The notes: generated by a model from the sequence alone, not told the origin. A stretch of 64,000 nucleotides of DNA from Octopus sinensis (GCF_006345805.1 NC_043015.1:5828001-5892000); one strand, 5' to 3'. Numbered from the stretch's first letter, positions 12,336 to 26,327 are shown. Numbers and translations: made by a program.

Positions 12336-12424
12336 TTTCGGCTGATGAGCACGAGTCACTTATATTTACTGCAATATTTGCAGCCTTAATAAAGCTATCT
12401 TCGTACGAAACAATTGTACCGAAA
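12336..12424 (+). ncRNA. Type I hammerhead motif, intact core, enlarged loop II
   Basis: TTTCGG-CTGATGA(12342-12348)-GCACG...CGTAC-GAAAC(12407-12411)-AATT-GTA-CCGAAA. One stem II mismatch; predicted cleavage after 12418. Confidence 0.7.
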
Positions 12425-14122
12425 TATTGATGTCCATTTTTGTTGGCATTTAGTTTCTAATGTGCATATATATATATATATACATATATATTTGTGTGTG
12501 TGTGTGTGCGTAATATAATATATATATATATATATATATATGCATACACACATATATACATACAGATTTATCATTCACACATGCACACACACACACGCAC
12601 CTATATATGCATGTTTACATGCATATCTAAATACATATATATATATTATATATATATATATATTTTGTGTATGCATATATTTGTGTATATATGCATACAA
12701 ACACATGCAAACACACACACATAGGTTTACATGCTTGTATGTATACATATTAACATCTTGCAGAGCCCTCTTTCACAACCTGAAGAGCAGTCGTTTATTA
12801 TTGGGTTTGCGTGGGAATAAATAGAGAGTAATATAGCCGTGGGAAATATATCTAAAAATTATACCAGTTTAAGGTAGCATCTCAGGACATGCAACGATTT
12901 CTAAATCGTAATATACCTAACTAATACTGAGCCAGTGAACGTGATTTAGCGACAAACTACCAGCTCCGGATCAAGTAGAACTGATTCGCAAAATATGCGT
13001 TTTTTAAAAGGAAGTAACAAATCTGAGAATCGGCTATAATAATGTAGTTTTCCAGACTTATTCCTATGAAAGTGTGATATGAAAAAATAAATTGCAAGTT
13101 AAAGACGCTTAAAAGTCGATAAAACTGTGTATTTTTAGCCAAAGCAACACAGAAATTTTATTCGTCTAGCGGAGCTGTATCAAATTTAACGTTGCACCCT
13201 TTGAAATTTACAGCTTAATACCTGTGAAATGATCTGTTAATGGTAGGTTTCTAAAAAAAAAAGAGAAATACCTAATAAAATTAACATGTATTATCTTATT
13301 GTTTCTTTTGTCTCTTCATTGATTATATTTTTTTGTTTTTATTTGTTATATTAATATTTTTGTCCGCGTGTGTTTACTTATTGCTTACTTCAGCATTATG
13401 TATACCTCCATATATTTGTGTATATCATTCATCATCATCATCATTGTTCGACCGCGGTTGAGACTTTCAGAGTCTTTTCAAATGGCTAATAATGTGTGCG
13501 CGCGCCACTACTACACACATTGGAAAGCATTGTACAACCAAGTACTAAAGAAGATATTTCCTCCTCCATGAAACAAAGCTGTTCCCGCTGGACGTCAACC
13601 CAGTATTTCTAAGCTACGGATTTATTGTAAGGTTATCTCCCTAGATAGATTGCCTTCACTACGGCTAAGAAGCCCTTTCTACCCCATTAATACATAGTGT
13701 GTGTGTGTGAAAATAAGGCGTATGCCTCCAAAACTTCAAACCTGAGTAACGCTTCGGTTTCTAATTCAAATACAAAAATTATTTTTTCTTCCCCACCTTA
13801 AAAGACCGCTTAATTCTAAAGAAACAAGTTTGATCATGCCAATATAAAAATTAAGCCGCTTTATCTCCTCTTCCTCAAAATAAAAAGAGAAAAAATTCCT
13901 CTTTCTGCTCTCCTACATGGTAAAACCCACAGAATTTTTATATATAAAAACGCCAAGAAATTTAACCTTAAACCACTTTTTGATACACCCGATAACAGAA
14001 GAAAATGCTGCAAAATGTAGATAAAATGCAAATAAAATATATATATAAATAATCAACAACATTCTAAATACGTTATTATTCTAAATATACAAACATATAT
14101 ATATACAAACATATATATATAT

Positions 14123-14310
14123 ATTCTTTTATTCTTTTATTCTTTTACTTGTTTCAGTCATTTGACTGCGGCCATGCTCGAGCACCGCCTTTAGTCGAGC
14201 AAATCGACCCCAGGACTTATTCTATCGGTCTCTTTTGCCGAACCGCTAAGTGACGGGGACGTGAACACACTAGAATCGGTTGTCAAGCAATGTTAGTAGG
14301 ACAAACACAC
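14123..14310 (-). mobile_element. SINE family A, 3' half with an internal deletion
   Basis: ttcttttacttgtttcagtcatttgactgcggccatgct...gaaccgctaagtgacggggacg. The segment between the two cttattct repeats is missing. Confidence 0.85.
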
Positions 14311-14345
14311 ACACACACAAACACACACACATACACACAAACAGA

Positions 14346-14377
<32 letters not shown>

Positions 14378-14443
14378 CATTTACATACCTACATATACAA
14401 ACTCATATATATATACATCTACATCTACATATGTAAACATACA

Positions 14444-14486
<43 letters not shown>

Positions 14487-14906
14487 TATATATACACATA
14501 TATATATATATATGAATGTATATACATACATACATATACATACACACACACCATATAATATATACATACATATTTATGAAAATTACACATTTGCACGTGT
14601 GTATATTTTACACACACACACAGACACACAGCAGGGTGCAGAAGTAGGTATGCAGTATCACATACCTACAGTATGTTACAGTATTTTATTCATTATAATT
14701 ATTAGCACAAAATATTGCTTAGCTTCATTTTTGACGTTTTCAATGTCCTTAACATTTATACATTCATCATATCTATAATAATAATTTTACAGTAAATTTT
14801 GATTTTTTAATGAAAATAAGAGTATTAAATGTGTTCCTGTTTTCGTAACTGAATACCTTCTTTTGCACCGTTCTACATATACAGACATATATATGAGTGT
14901 ATTGTA

Positions 14907-15718
14907 TCTCTCTATATATAAACGGCATTTGTCTGTCTGTCTGTGTGTCTGTGTGTGTTTTGTCAGGTTGTACCCTCACCCTGACCACAGCTTTCAACCG
15001 ATTCTGATGAAACTTGACACACACATAGCCCAATGTCATAATTCAAATCTAATGCAGCGAAACTTTTGAAAAGTTTCGCCAGTTCTGAAAACAATCGATA
15101 ATTTCGACATGGGGTCGAGAATCTAAGCTTTTTATATGCAACACATTTTCTGTTGTAGTTTTCGCAACTTGCAATCGATTTTCACCAAACTCATGGTGAA
15201 GCTTAATGTTACCCGAAGAAACTTAATTCTGACGTTAGTTTTCCATGCAATACGTTACCATTGGAAAAAAATCGATAAAATCATGCCATTTTGGGAAATC
15301 GCGTTTAAATTCAGGATGACATATTTTCAACAATATCTTTCACAAATTAGCAGGAATTTTTTTTTTTAATTCACAGCCAGCATCATGTCTGCTCCAAGTA
15401 GCTATATGGCCCTTTTTATTCCAATGGGATACTTTATTACTGGAAAAAATCGGTTAATTAAATCATACGTGACACACATAGCAAACCGATTTGTGTATTA
15501 AACACAAACGACAGACTGTCTAGGGGACGCAACTCGACCTTTTTATCGCCCAAAGGGACAGCTAGGAACATCGTATACACAGAAGTATTCGAGTGAAGAG
15601 AAGACATTGCAACTTACACATGCGCCTTCGTTCCCTAGAGGGAAATGACTAGATTGGGATTAGTCGTTGCCTACTAAGGGCACTTACATACCTGGGCAAC
15701 GCCGGGCTATGCTGCTAG
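14907..15718 (+). mobile_element. Non-autonomous Helitron-like element (812 bp)
   Basis: Starts A|TCTCTCTATATATAAACGG followed by (TCTG/TG)n. Ends with hairpin CCTGG-GCAACG-CCGGG, 8 nt, then CTAG|T. No TSD; the empty A|T site is visible in the paralogous segment at 19790/19791. Confidence 0.88.
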
Positions 15719-16055
15719 TTCTATATAATTTTCAATAAATGTTATACTCAGATGTGCATGGGAGTGTATGAATGCTAAGTGAAAGGTGTTCAGTCAGATT
15801 ATGCTATCATAGAAGAAATTTAAGATGAGGCGCTTTGTATATGTTTATGCATATCTGTTTATATGTATTTATATTTTATTTGTCCTGAGAATTTTCTCTC
15901 ACCATATGTTATATATCATGTGGTCTTAACTTTAATACTCGAAACTATGAAGGCTTAGTGCAAAGAATTAAATATTTAGTTAGTTAATGAAGGAATTATG
16001 CAGGCACTCAGTATTTTTATTATATGTACAGATACATATATGTTGTTTGTGGTAT
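15719..16055 (+). repeat. About 335-bp direct duplication, copy 1 (interrupted near its left end by the Helitron)
   Basis: Colinear with 19791-20123 with few substitutions. The left 13 bp (tgagtgtattgta) lie at 14894-14906. Confidence 0.9.
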
Positions 16056-16097
16056 ACATACACATATAAATATATACACGCACATAACGATATATGT

Positions 16098-16166
<69 letters not shown>

Positions 16167-16167
16167 A

Positions 16168-16463
16168 TCTTTATATTAAAAGTGAAGTTGTGTGAGTGTC
16201 TGTCTCCTACGATTTAGATTCCTCACTACTCCCACATTTTGCGGTGCAGTTTAACCAAAAGCGGGTATCTTATAGTCGTGACTCATATCGAGCCCTTTTG
16301 GGTATTAGCGTGCGTCTACGATGAGTCTACGATTTAAAAAAAAATTACCATCATTTTTTTCCCATTTTTAATGCATTTTTTGCTAGTATATAAGTAACTC
16401 TCTGAAAATGCTTATATAGTTATTTCCCTTACAAACCCGAGCAACGCCGGCCGATACTGCTAG
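16168..16463 (+). mobile_element. Second non-autonomous Helitron-like element (296 bp)
   Basis: A|TCTTTATATTAAAAGTG...CCCGAGCAACGCCGGCCGATACTGCTAG|T. The 3' terminus matches that of the 14907-15718 element; the interior is unrelated. Confidence 0.8.
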
Positions 16464-17056
16464 TATATATATGTATGTGTGTGTGCATGTATATAAAAGT
16501 ATATGTGCGTGTATATATATATAAATATATATATATACACACACACATAACACATAACCATATATATGTATATATACATAATATACATATATATTTGTAT
16601 GTTTGTCTGCATGTATATATATACATACATAAACACATAAGTACATATATACCCATATATCAATAATTATATACACATACACAGTCTGGTTACATTCATC
16701 AATATAAATGTGCACGCTTGCCTACGTCATAAACAAACATCGTCGTAAACATAGTAATAAAACAACGGGGATGCAACATTTCAGGATTGTGAGTCCGGAT
16801 TCGGCCCGGAATATTATTGATTTACTCACGGAGTCATCCATCTTGATTCAAAAATGGTATGTGTTGGGCTACGGCCTCTAGGATTAAGTTGATAACTGAT
16901 GACACAATGACATTCACATTTATTATATTAGAAATGTTTAATTTGGGGGAAATTTTATTACAATTACAGGGTATTTCGTATATATGTTGGTGTGTATATA
17001 TATATTTATATATTTATATATATACATATATATATACACTATATATAATATATATA

Positions 17057-17095
<39 letters not shown>

Positions 17096-17120
17096 TATAT
17101 ATATATATATATATACATTC

Positions 17121-17494
17121 TAACCAACCACATTGTTCGGTTCAGTCCACTGCGTTGCATCTTGGCAAGTGTCTTCTGCTATAGCCCCGGGCCGACCAAT
17201 GCCTTGTAAGTGGATTTGGTAGAGACGGAAACTGAAAGAAGCCTGTCGTATATATCTATATAATATATATATATGTATTTGTGTGGTTTGTGTTCTGTGT
17301 TTGTCCCCCTAGCATTGCTTGACAACAGATGTTGGTGTGTTTACGTCCCGTGACTTAGCGGTTCGGCAAAAGAGACCGATAGAATAAGTACTGGGCTTAT
17401 AAAGAATAAGTCCCGGGGTCGATTTGTTCGACTAAAGGCGGTGCTCCAGCATGATAGCACTCAAATGACTGAAACAAGGAAAAGACTAAATGAG
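17121..17494 (+). mobile_element. SINE family A (head truncated)
   Basis: ccaaccacattgttcggttcagtccactgcg...gacggaaactgaaagaagcc...(TA)n...tgactgaaacaaggaaaag. Confidence 0.88.
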
Positions 17495-17520
17495 TTTATA
17501 TATATACATGTATATATGTA

Positions 17521-17754
17521 TACTCTTTACTCTTTACTCTTTTACTTGTTTCAGTCATTTGACTGCGGCCATGCTGGAGCACCGCCTTAATCGAGCAACT
17601 CGACCGGGAATTATTCTTTTGTAAGCGCACGTACTTACTTATTTATCGGTCTCTTTTGCCGAACCGCTAAGTGACAGGGACATAAACACACCAGCATCGA
17701 TTGTCAAGCAATGCTAGGGGGCCAAAACAGACACACAACACACCACACATATAC

Positions 17755-17810
<56 letters not shown>

Positions 17811-17974
17811 ATATATATATAATATACAATATATTATTTTTTTTTCAGTTTCCGTCTACAAGGCTTTGGTCGGCCCGAGGCTATAGTAGAAGACACTTAC
17901 CCAAGGTGCCACGCAGTGGGACTGAACCCGGAACCATGTGGTTGGTAAACAAGCCACTCAGCCACTCCTGCGCC
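17521..17974 (-). mobile_element. SINE family A, near full length, possible TSD tatatatgta
   Basis: Head ggcgcaggagtggc at 17974, tail (agtaaag)n at 17521. tatatatgta occurs at 17511-17520 and 17975-17984 (low complexity, so the TSD is tentative). Confidence 0.9.
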
Positions 17975-18270
17975 TATATATGTACGTATTAAAGAAAGCA
18001 AAATATAAAACAAAAATGACAGTATGTTGGCAACAGGAATTTTTGTGAAAGCGACATGGTTAAACAAAGTTGTACATCGTCTCCTTCTTTCACTCACATA
18101 CTCACTCTTCCTCGCTCTTTTTTTTATTACTCCCACTGCTACCATGAACTCTGCTACTTTAAATATAACGTCATCAACTCTTCCCAAATTCCTTTCTCTC
18201 TGTTTCACACCATGTCTTCTTCATCCTCTCTTTTCGCCACCACCCTCAACGTCTCTATGCCTACTATTAG

Positions 18271-18391
18271 TCGGGGTCGATAAATAAAGTACCTGTTTCG
18301 AACTGGGGTCGATGTAATCGACTTAATCCCTTTGTCTGTCCTTGTTTGTCCCCTCTATGTTTAGCCCCTTGTGGGCAGTAAAGAAATATAT
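18271..18391 (+). mobile_element. SINE family B, 3' fragment
   Basis: tcggggtcgataaataaagtacc...ctggggtcgatgtaatcgacttaatccctttgtctgtcc...gtgggcagtaaagaaata. Confidence 0.85.
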
Positions 18392-19777
18392 TACTCTCAA
18401 CTCATGTTAAGCAACAGAATGAGTGTCATTGAATAGTAAGAGAGGGGTGTTCTAAGTGCGACACACTGACACACAGAAATTAGTTTTCGCATTTATTATA
18501 TTAGATGTATATACACACTGATAATTAAGAATACTTTATGTGAATATTATGTCTATGATTTGATGCATCGTTTAGTTTTTGCTTACGTTTTGAAATAGAT
18601 ATAATGTTTCATAATAAATAACTATGCAAATAGCTTATACTTCAATAAATTTTACTTATTGACATAAAAGTGTATGAGTACCACAGAATAAATGTAGAGA
18701 CATAGATTAGAGATTATGCCGAAAATAACTAGTCTCGTTCATAAGGTTAGGGAAAATTTTTGAAGCTGAATGGTCTAGACTGTTGAACTAAATGAAGACT
18801 TAATTATCTTTATTCATTCATCTGTTTCATTTCATTTCATCTTATCATGTAACCTTATACCATGTGCCAAATATTCACAGCTTTAAAGAATTTAACTCTG
18901 ATGCAACTCATTAATGATAGAGATATAATTCTCCATGAAATTACGGTGGTAAGATATAAATATTGAAACGCATTCGCGTATGATAGGAAAATTACCACGA
19001 TTTAAAATCCATTAACGAGAAGAATTTGAAAGCGATGAATGATATCACATCATTGCCATGTGTATACATAATTCATTGTTATGTGTACACTGCTTTTTTT
19101 TAAGCAATTGTACAAAGAAAAAGTAAAGCAGCACTATACAAGGAAATATATAAGGAGTAGTTGTAAGGAGTAAACGCAGAAAGAAATAAGGAGTAAACGA
19201 AAGCGAAATTAGAGATATGACAAAATATAAATAAAAATGCATATAAAGCAAAACAAAGAAAAGTGAGAAATGTGAAGATTCATAATTTCCTTCTTTTACT
19301 GGAAACAGACTCTGGACTGCAACCATACGTGTCTTTTCCATAGAGTCGCGTAGTATAGCAGAGCGCAATTTTTCGATGAAGCTGTGGAGACGATACCGTA
19401 AAATACGAAATGCAATGTGGTGTGTGCGGTAAAAAAATACATTATAGGAATTCAATGCCCCGATTTAATTATTTGAATGTATCAGCGTATTTTTAGCCAA
19501 TTTTCAAATATACTTTTTAATCTATATGGTATGTAGAAAACCAACAATATCACTAAAAATGTGGCTAGAATATCTAATTACGATTATCAAAGTCATCTGC
19601 TAACAAGAAAATGGCTGCGGCTTTTTCTATTATAATGAGAAATTTTATTAATTTCAGAGGAAATGTATGAATAATTTTATATTTTAGGTGTTGTAAGCAT
19701 ACGTACATATATATATGTATACGTTATACACACATACACATACACTTACACACACACTATTTATGTATATATGATTT

Positions 19778-20123
19778 TGAGTGTATTGTATTCTATATAA
19801 TTTTCAATAAATGTTATACTCAGATGCGTATGGGAGTGTATGAATGCTAAGTGAAAGGTGTTCAGTCAGATTATGCTATCATAGAAGAAATTTAAGATGA
19901 GGCGCTTTGTATATGTTTATGCATATCTGTTTATATATATTTGTATTATTTGTCCTGAGAATTTTCTCTCACCATATGTTATATATCCTGTGGTCTTAAG
20001 TTTAGTACTCGAAACTATGAAGGCTTAGTGCAAAGAATTAAATATTTAGTTAGTTACTGAAGGAATTATGCAGGCACTCAGTATTTTTGTATTATATGTA
20101 CAGATATATATATGTTGTGGTAT
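19778..20123 (+). repeat. About 345-bp direct duplication, copy 2 (uninterrupted)
   Basis: tgagtgtattgta|ttctatataattttcaataaatg...caggcactcagtattt...gttgtggtat. Confidence 0.9.
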
Positions 20124-20944
20124 CAAATCTTAGAGTATATCTTCTCTCTGTTCTGACACTCACTAATCACCTTTAATACATTAAAATGTAATATGCAACG
20201 TGCTATATATTTGACATCATGATTCTAGGTGTATGAATCCTAGTTTCTTTTCGAAAATATAAGAATTAGAACAATTTCTTCTACGGCAATTTTCATAATT
20301 TGTTTCGTATCTAATTATGGTCGCTTTGAATAATGTTTGAGATGTGTGCCTATACAAACACACAATGTAAGATTGGTCAGGCCGACGCCGATTAAATTTG
20401 CTCCTATTAACAGGTGAGGAGTGTTTGCTGAAACCAAGCAGAACGAAACTTTACTTGTAAATGAAGCAAAAAATATAAAAAAAAGATGAACCTCGAATAA
20501 GGTTAACAAATGTAGCGTAATTATGAGCGCTTACGCAGGAATACCAGACATAATGAGCGACTGCGTTGTAGATGCAGGGGTGTTCCATCATGTGAAAAGC
20601 GAGTATCATTCCGTTTCTGATGACCGTGACCACTGACTGACGTGAAAGGTTATTTGTACGCGCTTCAGTCACTAAACTTTTATTGCATGTAGTGCAAAAC
20701 ATTTGAACAATTAATAGACACCAAATATTTTCAATGAACACAATGTTATTTGAGATACTGAGACATTTCTGTACTTTTTGTAATTCTGTAAAATTACCAC
20801 GAAAAGGTGGTAATTTTATACTTGCAGTGCAGTGGAATGCAGTCGTATTTCTCTGAGCACTTGCACTGACTCATTCATTATATTTTGGACGTGATCCCGT
20901 TATCTAAGAAATCTTCATAGCTTGTCTCAACTACACGACTTCTA

Positions 20945-20996
<52 letters not shown>

Positions 20997-21093
20997 ATCC
21001 TCTTCCCTTCTTTCCTGAGCATCCAATAATACTATATTTGTTCTACGTCCTAGCATTGTTGTGGTTTTTGTGTTTTCTTGTTTGGATTAACTT

Positions 21094-21136
<43 letters not shown>

Positions 21137-22090
21137 CTATATATATATTATATATATAAGTACATATATAAGTATGGATATATATAGATATATATATTAC
21201 AATAAATATATATGCGTATTTATATGCAAGCACACACCCACGCACACATATAATTACGTACATATGTAACAATTTCTTTCCAGTCGGAAGTTTCATGCTG
21301 CAATAAAAGTTTTATGCAAAGCTGATTGGCACGCATGTCACGATAAAATATTAGAATGAAGAAAGAGAAACAATAATCAAAATTCATCTTTTTTTATTAA
21401 GAAACATTTATTTCAAAGAAATCATCTACCGTTCCAGAGAAATTATAATAAAATGGTTCCTTCTATACAATAATCACTTTTCTGAAAGGGGGAGGGCACG
21501 GTCTTAAGGTGTGTTTCACAAACGTGTTCATTTGAGAAAATCCGTTATGTTATTCATTCTAAATTTAGGTTGAAAATGTCCCACAATTTGTGCTCACTAA
21601 AAAGAAGGAAAACATGGAACTAAAAATGTTATGAATAAACTGATAGAAAACTGAGATTTAGTTCTATACTGATTTATAATGCTTTTTTTTTTTTTTGCTT
21701 TTCAATATTTTTTTTAAATCTTATGTTCATGAATATTTTAGATGTCCGTCAAACACAATCTTTAAATTGTATTTCCTACGCAATGTTTCAACCCCATTCT
21801 GTTTAATGGAATAGACGTACGTCCATTTGATTTGAAAGAGATTTGTATTTTTAAATTAAATTTCACAATCATTGTTTATTAATTCTTTGATTGTATTAAG
21901 TAGAAGAAAATGAATTAAAAAAATCACATTTTAGTTAAATTTTATTTAATTTGGATTACAAAATACAGCAGCATGTACTGTTGGGATATTTGCTGAAAGT
22001 GTGTTTACAAACACACAGACACTCCCATACTAAATACACTCAAGTATACATATGCATATATATAATATATAAGAATATATATATATATAA

Positions 22091-22127
<37 letters not shown>

Positions 22128-23149
22128 ATATGTATGTATATATATATATACATTCATATTACGTATATATGAGTATGTATATATGTGTGTATGTATAAAG
22201 TAAACATACATATGTATGCAAATATAGTTATATATATACGCACACACGTACCTAGATACATACTTATACAAGTATGTATGTGTGTGTATATATACATATA
22301 TGTATATGTAAATAAATATAAATATATGTATATATACATGTATATATATATACACATGCATAAGGAAACATTATTGCAAGTAATCCATCATAAAAGTAAA
22401 TGTCATTGATGTTAGAGAATTTTTAGTCCATGTATGTATAATTTGCTATATGTTAAAAATTATTAGTAAATTATTAACATGAAATTAAACTTAGCGTTAA
22501 AAAAAAAAGAATAACAAAAGTATAAGCAAAAAAAAAAAATTATATGCTCACTCTGCTTTACCTAATTTGCATTTTCTTTCCACATGACACGTTTAAAGGC
22601 AGACATTGTGTTATATCTTAAGAACTACCTAGTTTGAATGTGAACACAAGCAGACTTTGAAATAAATCATTAGACTTTATTTTGTATTTCATCTTATTGA
22701 CTCCCTCCCCGTATAAAATTAAAATGTTTGATGATCATTCATGAGTCGAAAAACGGGAAAAACGGAAAACAAAATGGATGAACCCACCAACATTTCGTAT
22801 GATCAGCAGCTATAACATTTGAAGATCAGAGATTAGTCGAGTATATAACAGTGCACAATAAGTGTATTTTTTTGTTTGTTTTGGAGGGGGAATGGGCGAA
22901 ATAACAATTTTTTTTTTATATCTTACTTTTTGATTTTCATTTTTACAAAGCAAACAGTTTTTAAATAATATTTATAACTTTTCAACCAGTTTCACCCAGA
23001 TATATCGTGATAAATAATTATAATTTATATAACGAAAATAACTTCTGCCTTTATTTATTGATATACTACGAATTTGTGTACTGATCATTTCGTCGTTAAT
23101 ACTCACGTATATATATGTATATACTGAATGACACCCTATACATAGATAA

Positions 23150-23268
23150 TGCATATATACATACATATGTATATATATGTATATATATATATATATAATA
23201 TATATATAATAATAATATATATATATATATATATCCATATATATATCATACATATAATATATATAATC

Positions 23269-23299
<31 letters not shown>

Positions 23300-23342
23300 A
23301 TATATATATGTTATAATATATATATATATATATATATATTAT

Positions 23343-23394
<52 letters not shown>

Positions 23395-23410
23395 ATATAT
23401 ATATAAGTGC
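23150..23410. repeat. Long (TA)n-rich tract, representative of dozens of TA/TG/CA tracts across the window
   Basis: Directly visible; source of the [12 protein letters not shown] pseudo-ORFs. Confidence 0.95.
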
Positions 23411-23728
23411 ATACATATATGTATGTAAGGAAAAGAGCCGATGAATCATTCTCTCAATAAATATAGTTTACCGCCTTTTGTATATGTATAAATGACTACA
23501 ATTCCATCCATAAACTTCTACACATACACACCCTACACACACACATACGTATATCAATATATCAATACTCACAAAAACATATATGTGCGTATATATATGC
23601 ATATATTTATATACAAACTCACACACAAGCACACACAGAGGCACACACATGCATACATATATATATATATACATACATTCATACATATTTATATATATGT
23701 ATTTGAATATATATATCTATATATATAA

Positions 23729-23768
<40 letters not shown>

Positions 23769-26131
23769 CATGCATGTATGTATGCATGTATATTCAATTA
23801 CATATGTATATTGTGAAATTATAATTCATAGAGGCTATGGATGTAATATGAACTAAATTCAAGCGACCATTCAATATAACAGTTTATAACATATTTAGTT
23901 TCCTTTATCATAATAACAACGATAATAATAATAACAACAACGATAATATTAATAGTAATAATTATCATTAATAATATTATTGTTATCATATACAAACGGA
24001 GTACACGATATGAGGAGGAAATATTTATTTGCTTTTAATTAAATTCTATTCAAAATCAGTAGCACTTAATTCAATAAGAAGTTATGCGCTTGTGAACTGA
24101 AGCCTCGTCGATTTCCCAGTAATATTTGCTATGACGCATGACAGGTAATTTTATAATAAATACATGTGTCATTGTAACCATGAGGATGATTACCATCGTC
24201 AGCACCCACTTGACTTGTTTTCCTTATCATCATTATCAGGCTCATCATCAACTTTAACAACATTATCATCATTAATAAGCGTAGGGTCGATATTGTAGTG
24301 TTTAATGCGAAATTTTCCATAATTAACTAGGATGTGTGTATTGAAATAAAAAAATAAAAAATCAATGCTTGTGTGTATGTGAGTGTGTGTGTTTGTGTGT
24401 AACGATGTTTGCTATTGGGTTCATATAAGAGGAACAAGAATGACTCTCTCAAATCTTGACTCACAATATGGTAACATTGTTTGAAGATCTCCCAATATTT
24501 TTCCTTACGTATTTAACGGCATTAAACCCTTAAAATCCATTGGGGCTTTAATTCCCTTCACACAGACACATAAGACACATACACACGCACAAGCCACACA
24601 CACATGACACACACTACATACATACATACACAATCAGCATATATATATATACATATATATATGATGTTTTGTTTCTATATATATATAATATATATATACA
24701 TACATACATACATATATAGGTATTTATATATGTGTATTAATATCATAATATGTAATATATATGTGTATATATACATATGTGTGTATATATATATATATGC
24801 ATATGTATATATGTATATATATATATATATGTATATATATATAATATATATATATATATAATTATAGATATATATATATATATATAATATATTGCTTCTT
24901 TAGCAACTTTGATCAATGAGGAACATTATATAAAGAATATGATTTTAAAGCTGTTAATTTTTTTTATCTTAACATCGTTTGAACATTTGACACATACCCA
25001 CTCCTGTATAATATGTTCTTATATCTCGTATATATTGACTAGAAGCTTCTTATATCCTCGCGGAATATTTTATGGACTCGTATGCGCGCTACCACATAAA
25101 GTTATGTTAAAAAGTATGAGCGTTCAACATAGTTTGTTTTTTACATTCTTCCTACTTTAATTATAAATCATAGTTTAATTATAGCCTGCCTACTATTATG
25201 CTCATTATATCAATCCATTGAGTTATTAGATGTCAATATTATTTACCATTATAAAATTTAGCTATAATAATAATTACATTATGATACTATCATGATATTT
25301 TCAAGCAAAAATTTACTTGGTTACCCATATATTTATTCCAATGTTTTATTTTATATAGAAGTCTGATGGTATAATTTATCTTAAATTATATGAATTATAC
25401 TTTTAGCAAATTATCTCCATAATTTGTTCCACCTTAAGAAACAAACAATATTTTCACCAATAAACTCCCTAAATAGTCTCTTTACGCACGGAGGATATAA
25501 AATACTGTTCTAGCATTAGTTGAAAGAAGATATTTATTCCACTTTAAATATCAACACCCAGGAATCACTATGTCTGCTCACCTCTTGCTCGACGATCATT
25601 GGCCCTACTTGAGAGTAGATTTCAAAACATTTTGATACTCAATTCCTCTTAAACACGTAGGGTAGTTATTTGATTTCGTTATCGATATTTGTTATTTTAG
25701 CTAACGCGCATCTAAAGTTAAAAAAACTAGAAGAGATATACATATATTGTACTCACATTAACGGCAAAATGTAAAGTAGTTCGAAATGAGCGTCGAATCC
25801 AACAGATACGCTTGTTTTGCCGAAAACCTCAACAAAACATATTACGTTTTCTCCCATATATCATTTATCTCACCTGTTATGAAATAATTATTTGACATTA
25901 TTTATACGTACCGATTTTAATATCCTTTTTATTTGATGATTTCTATGGTATTGCCTGATATATTTTTATTGCAATTTTCATAAGATTATTGAGGCACATA
26001 CCATAATTGTCTCTTAATGGTTTTTAAAACTTGATTTTTGCATGTGTCCAGCGACAGTCTAACATCGTTATGTGTACATTATTTATATTATTTACATTTG
26101 ACGGATAGTTGTCTTCATCTTTTTTGTTGTT

Positions 26132-26177
26132 AACACAACGTTTGGGCTGATATACCCTCCAGCCTTCATCAGGTGTC
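26132..26177 (-). ncRNA. Minimal type I hammerhead motif, G12 changed to C
   Basis: GACAC-CTGATGA-a-GGCTG-gagggtatat-CAGCC-CAAAC-GTT-GTGTT; stem II is a perfect 5 bp. Confidence 0.6.
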
Positions 26178-26327
26178 TTGGGGAAATTTCGAAATTTGTT
26201 TCTCATTCCTAAGGTATTTTTCGATGTCGTTATTATTATTATTATTGATAATAATAATAATAATAATAATGATAACAACATCGATAAATAACTTAGGAAT
26301 GAGAACCCAGGTTCGAAATTTCCCCAG

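Larger units (their letters stand above)
12145..12445. repeat. About 300-bp palindrome (about 128-bp arms, 43-bp spacer) carrying two outward-facing hammerheads
   Basis: 12145-12272 is the near-perfect reverse complement of 12316-12445. Confidence 0.9.

Noticed and set aside
12123-12389. 88-aa ORF
   Set aside because: Lies across the hammerhead palindrome; no protein similarity or splice context.
15004-15063. CTGATGA...GAAAC inside the Helitron
   Set aside because: No stem II, no NUH or stem I; the GAAAC belongs to a separate gcgaaacttt/aaagtttcgc hairpin.
20290-20900. CpG-richer unique patches with CCAAT, E-box or TAAT words (also about 27900-28100 and 57300-57950)
   Set aside because: Could be enhancers, but short motifs alone are not evidence; cross-species alignment or ATAC data would be needed.
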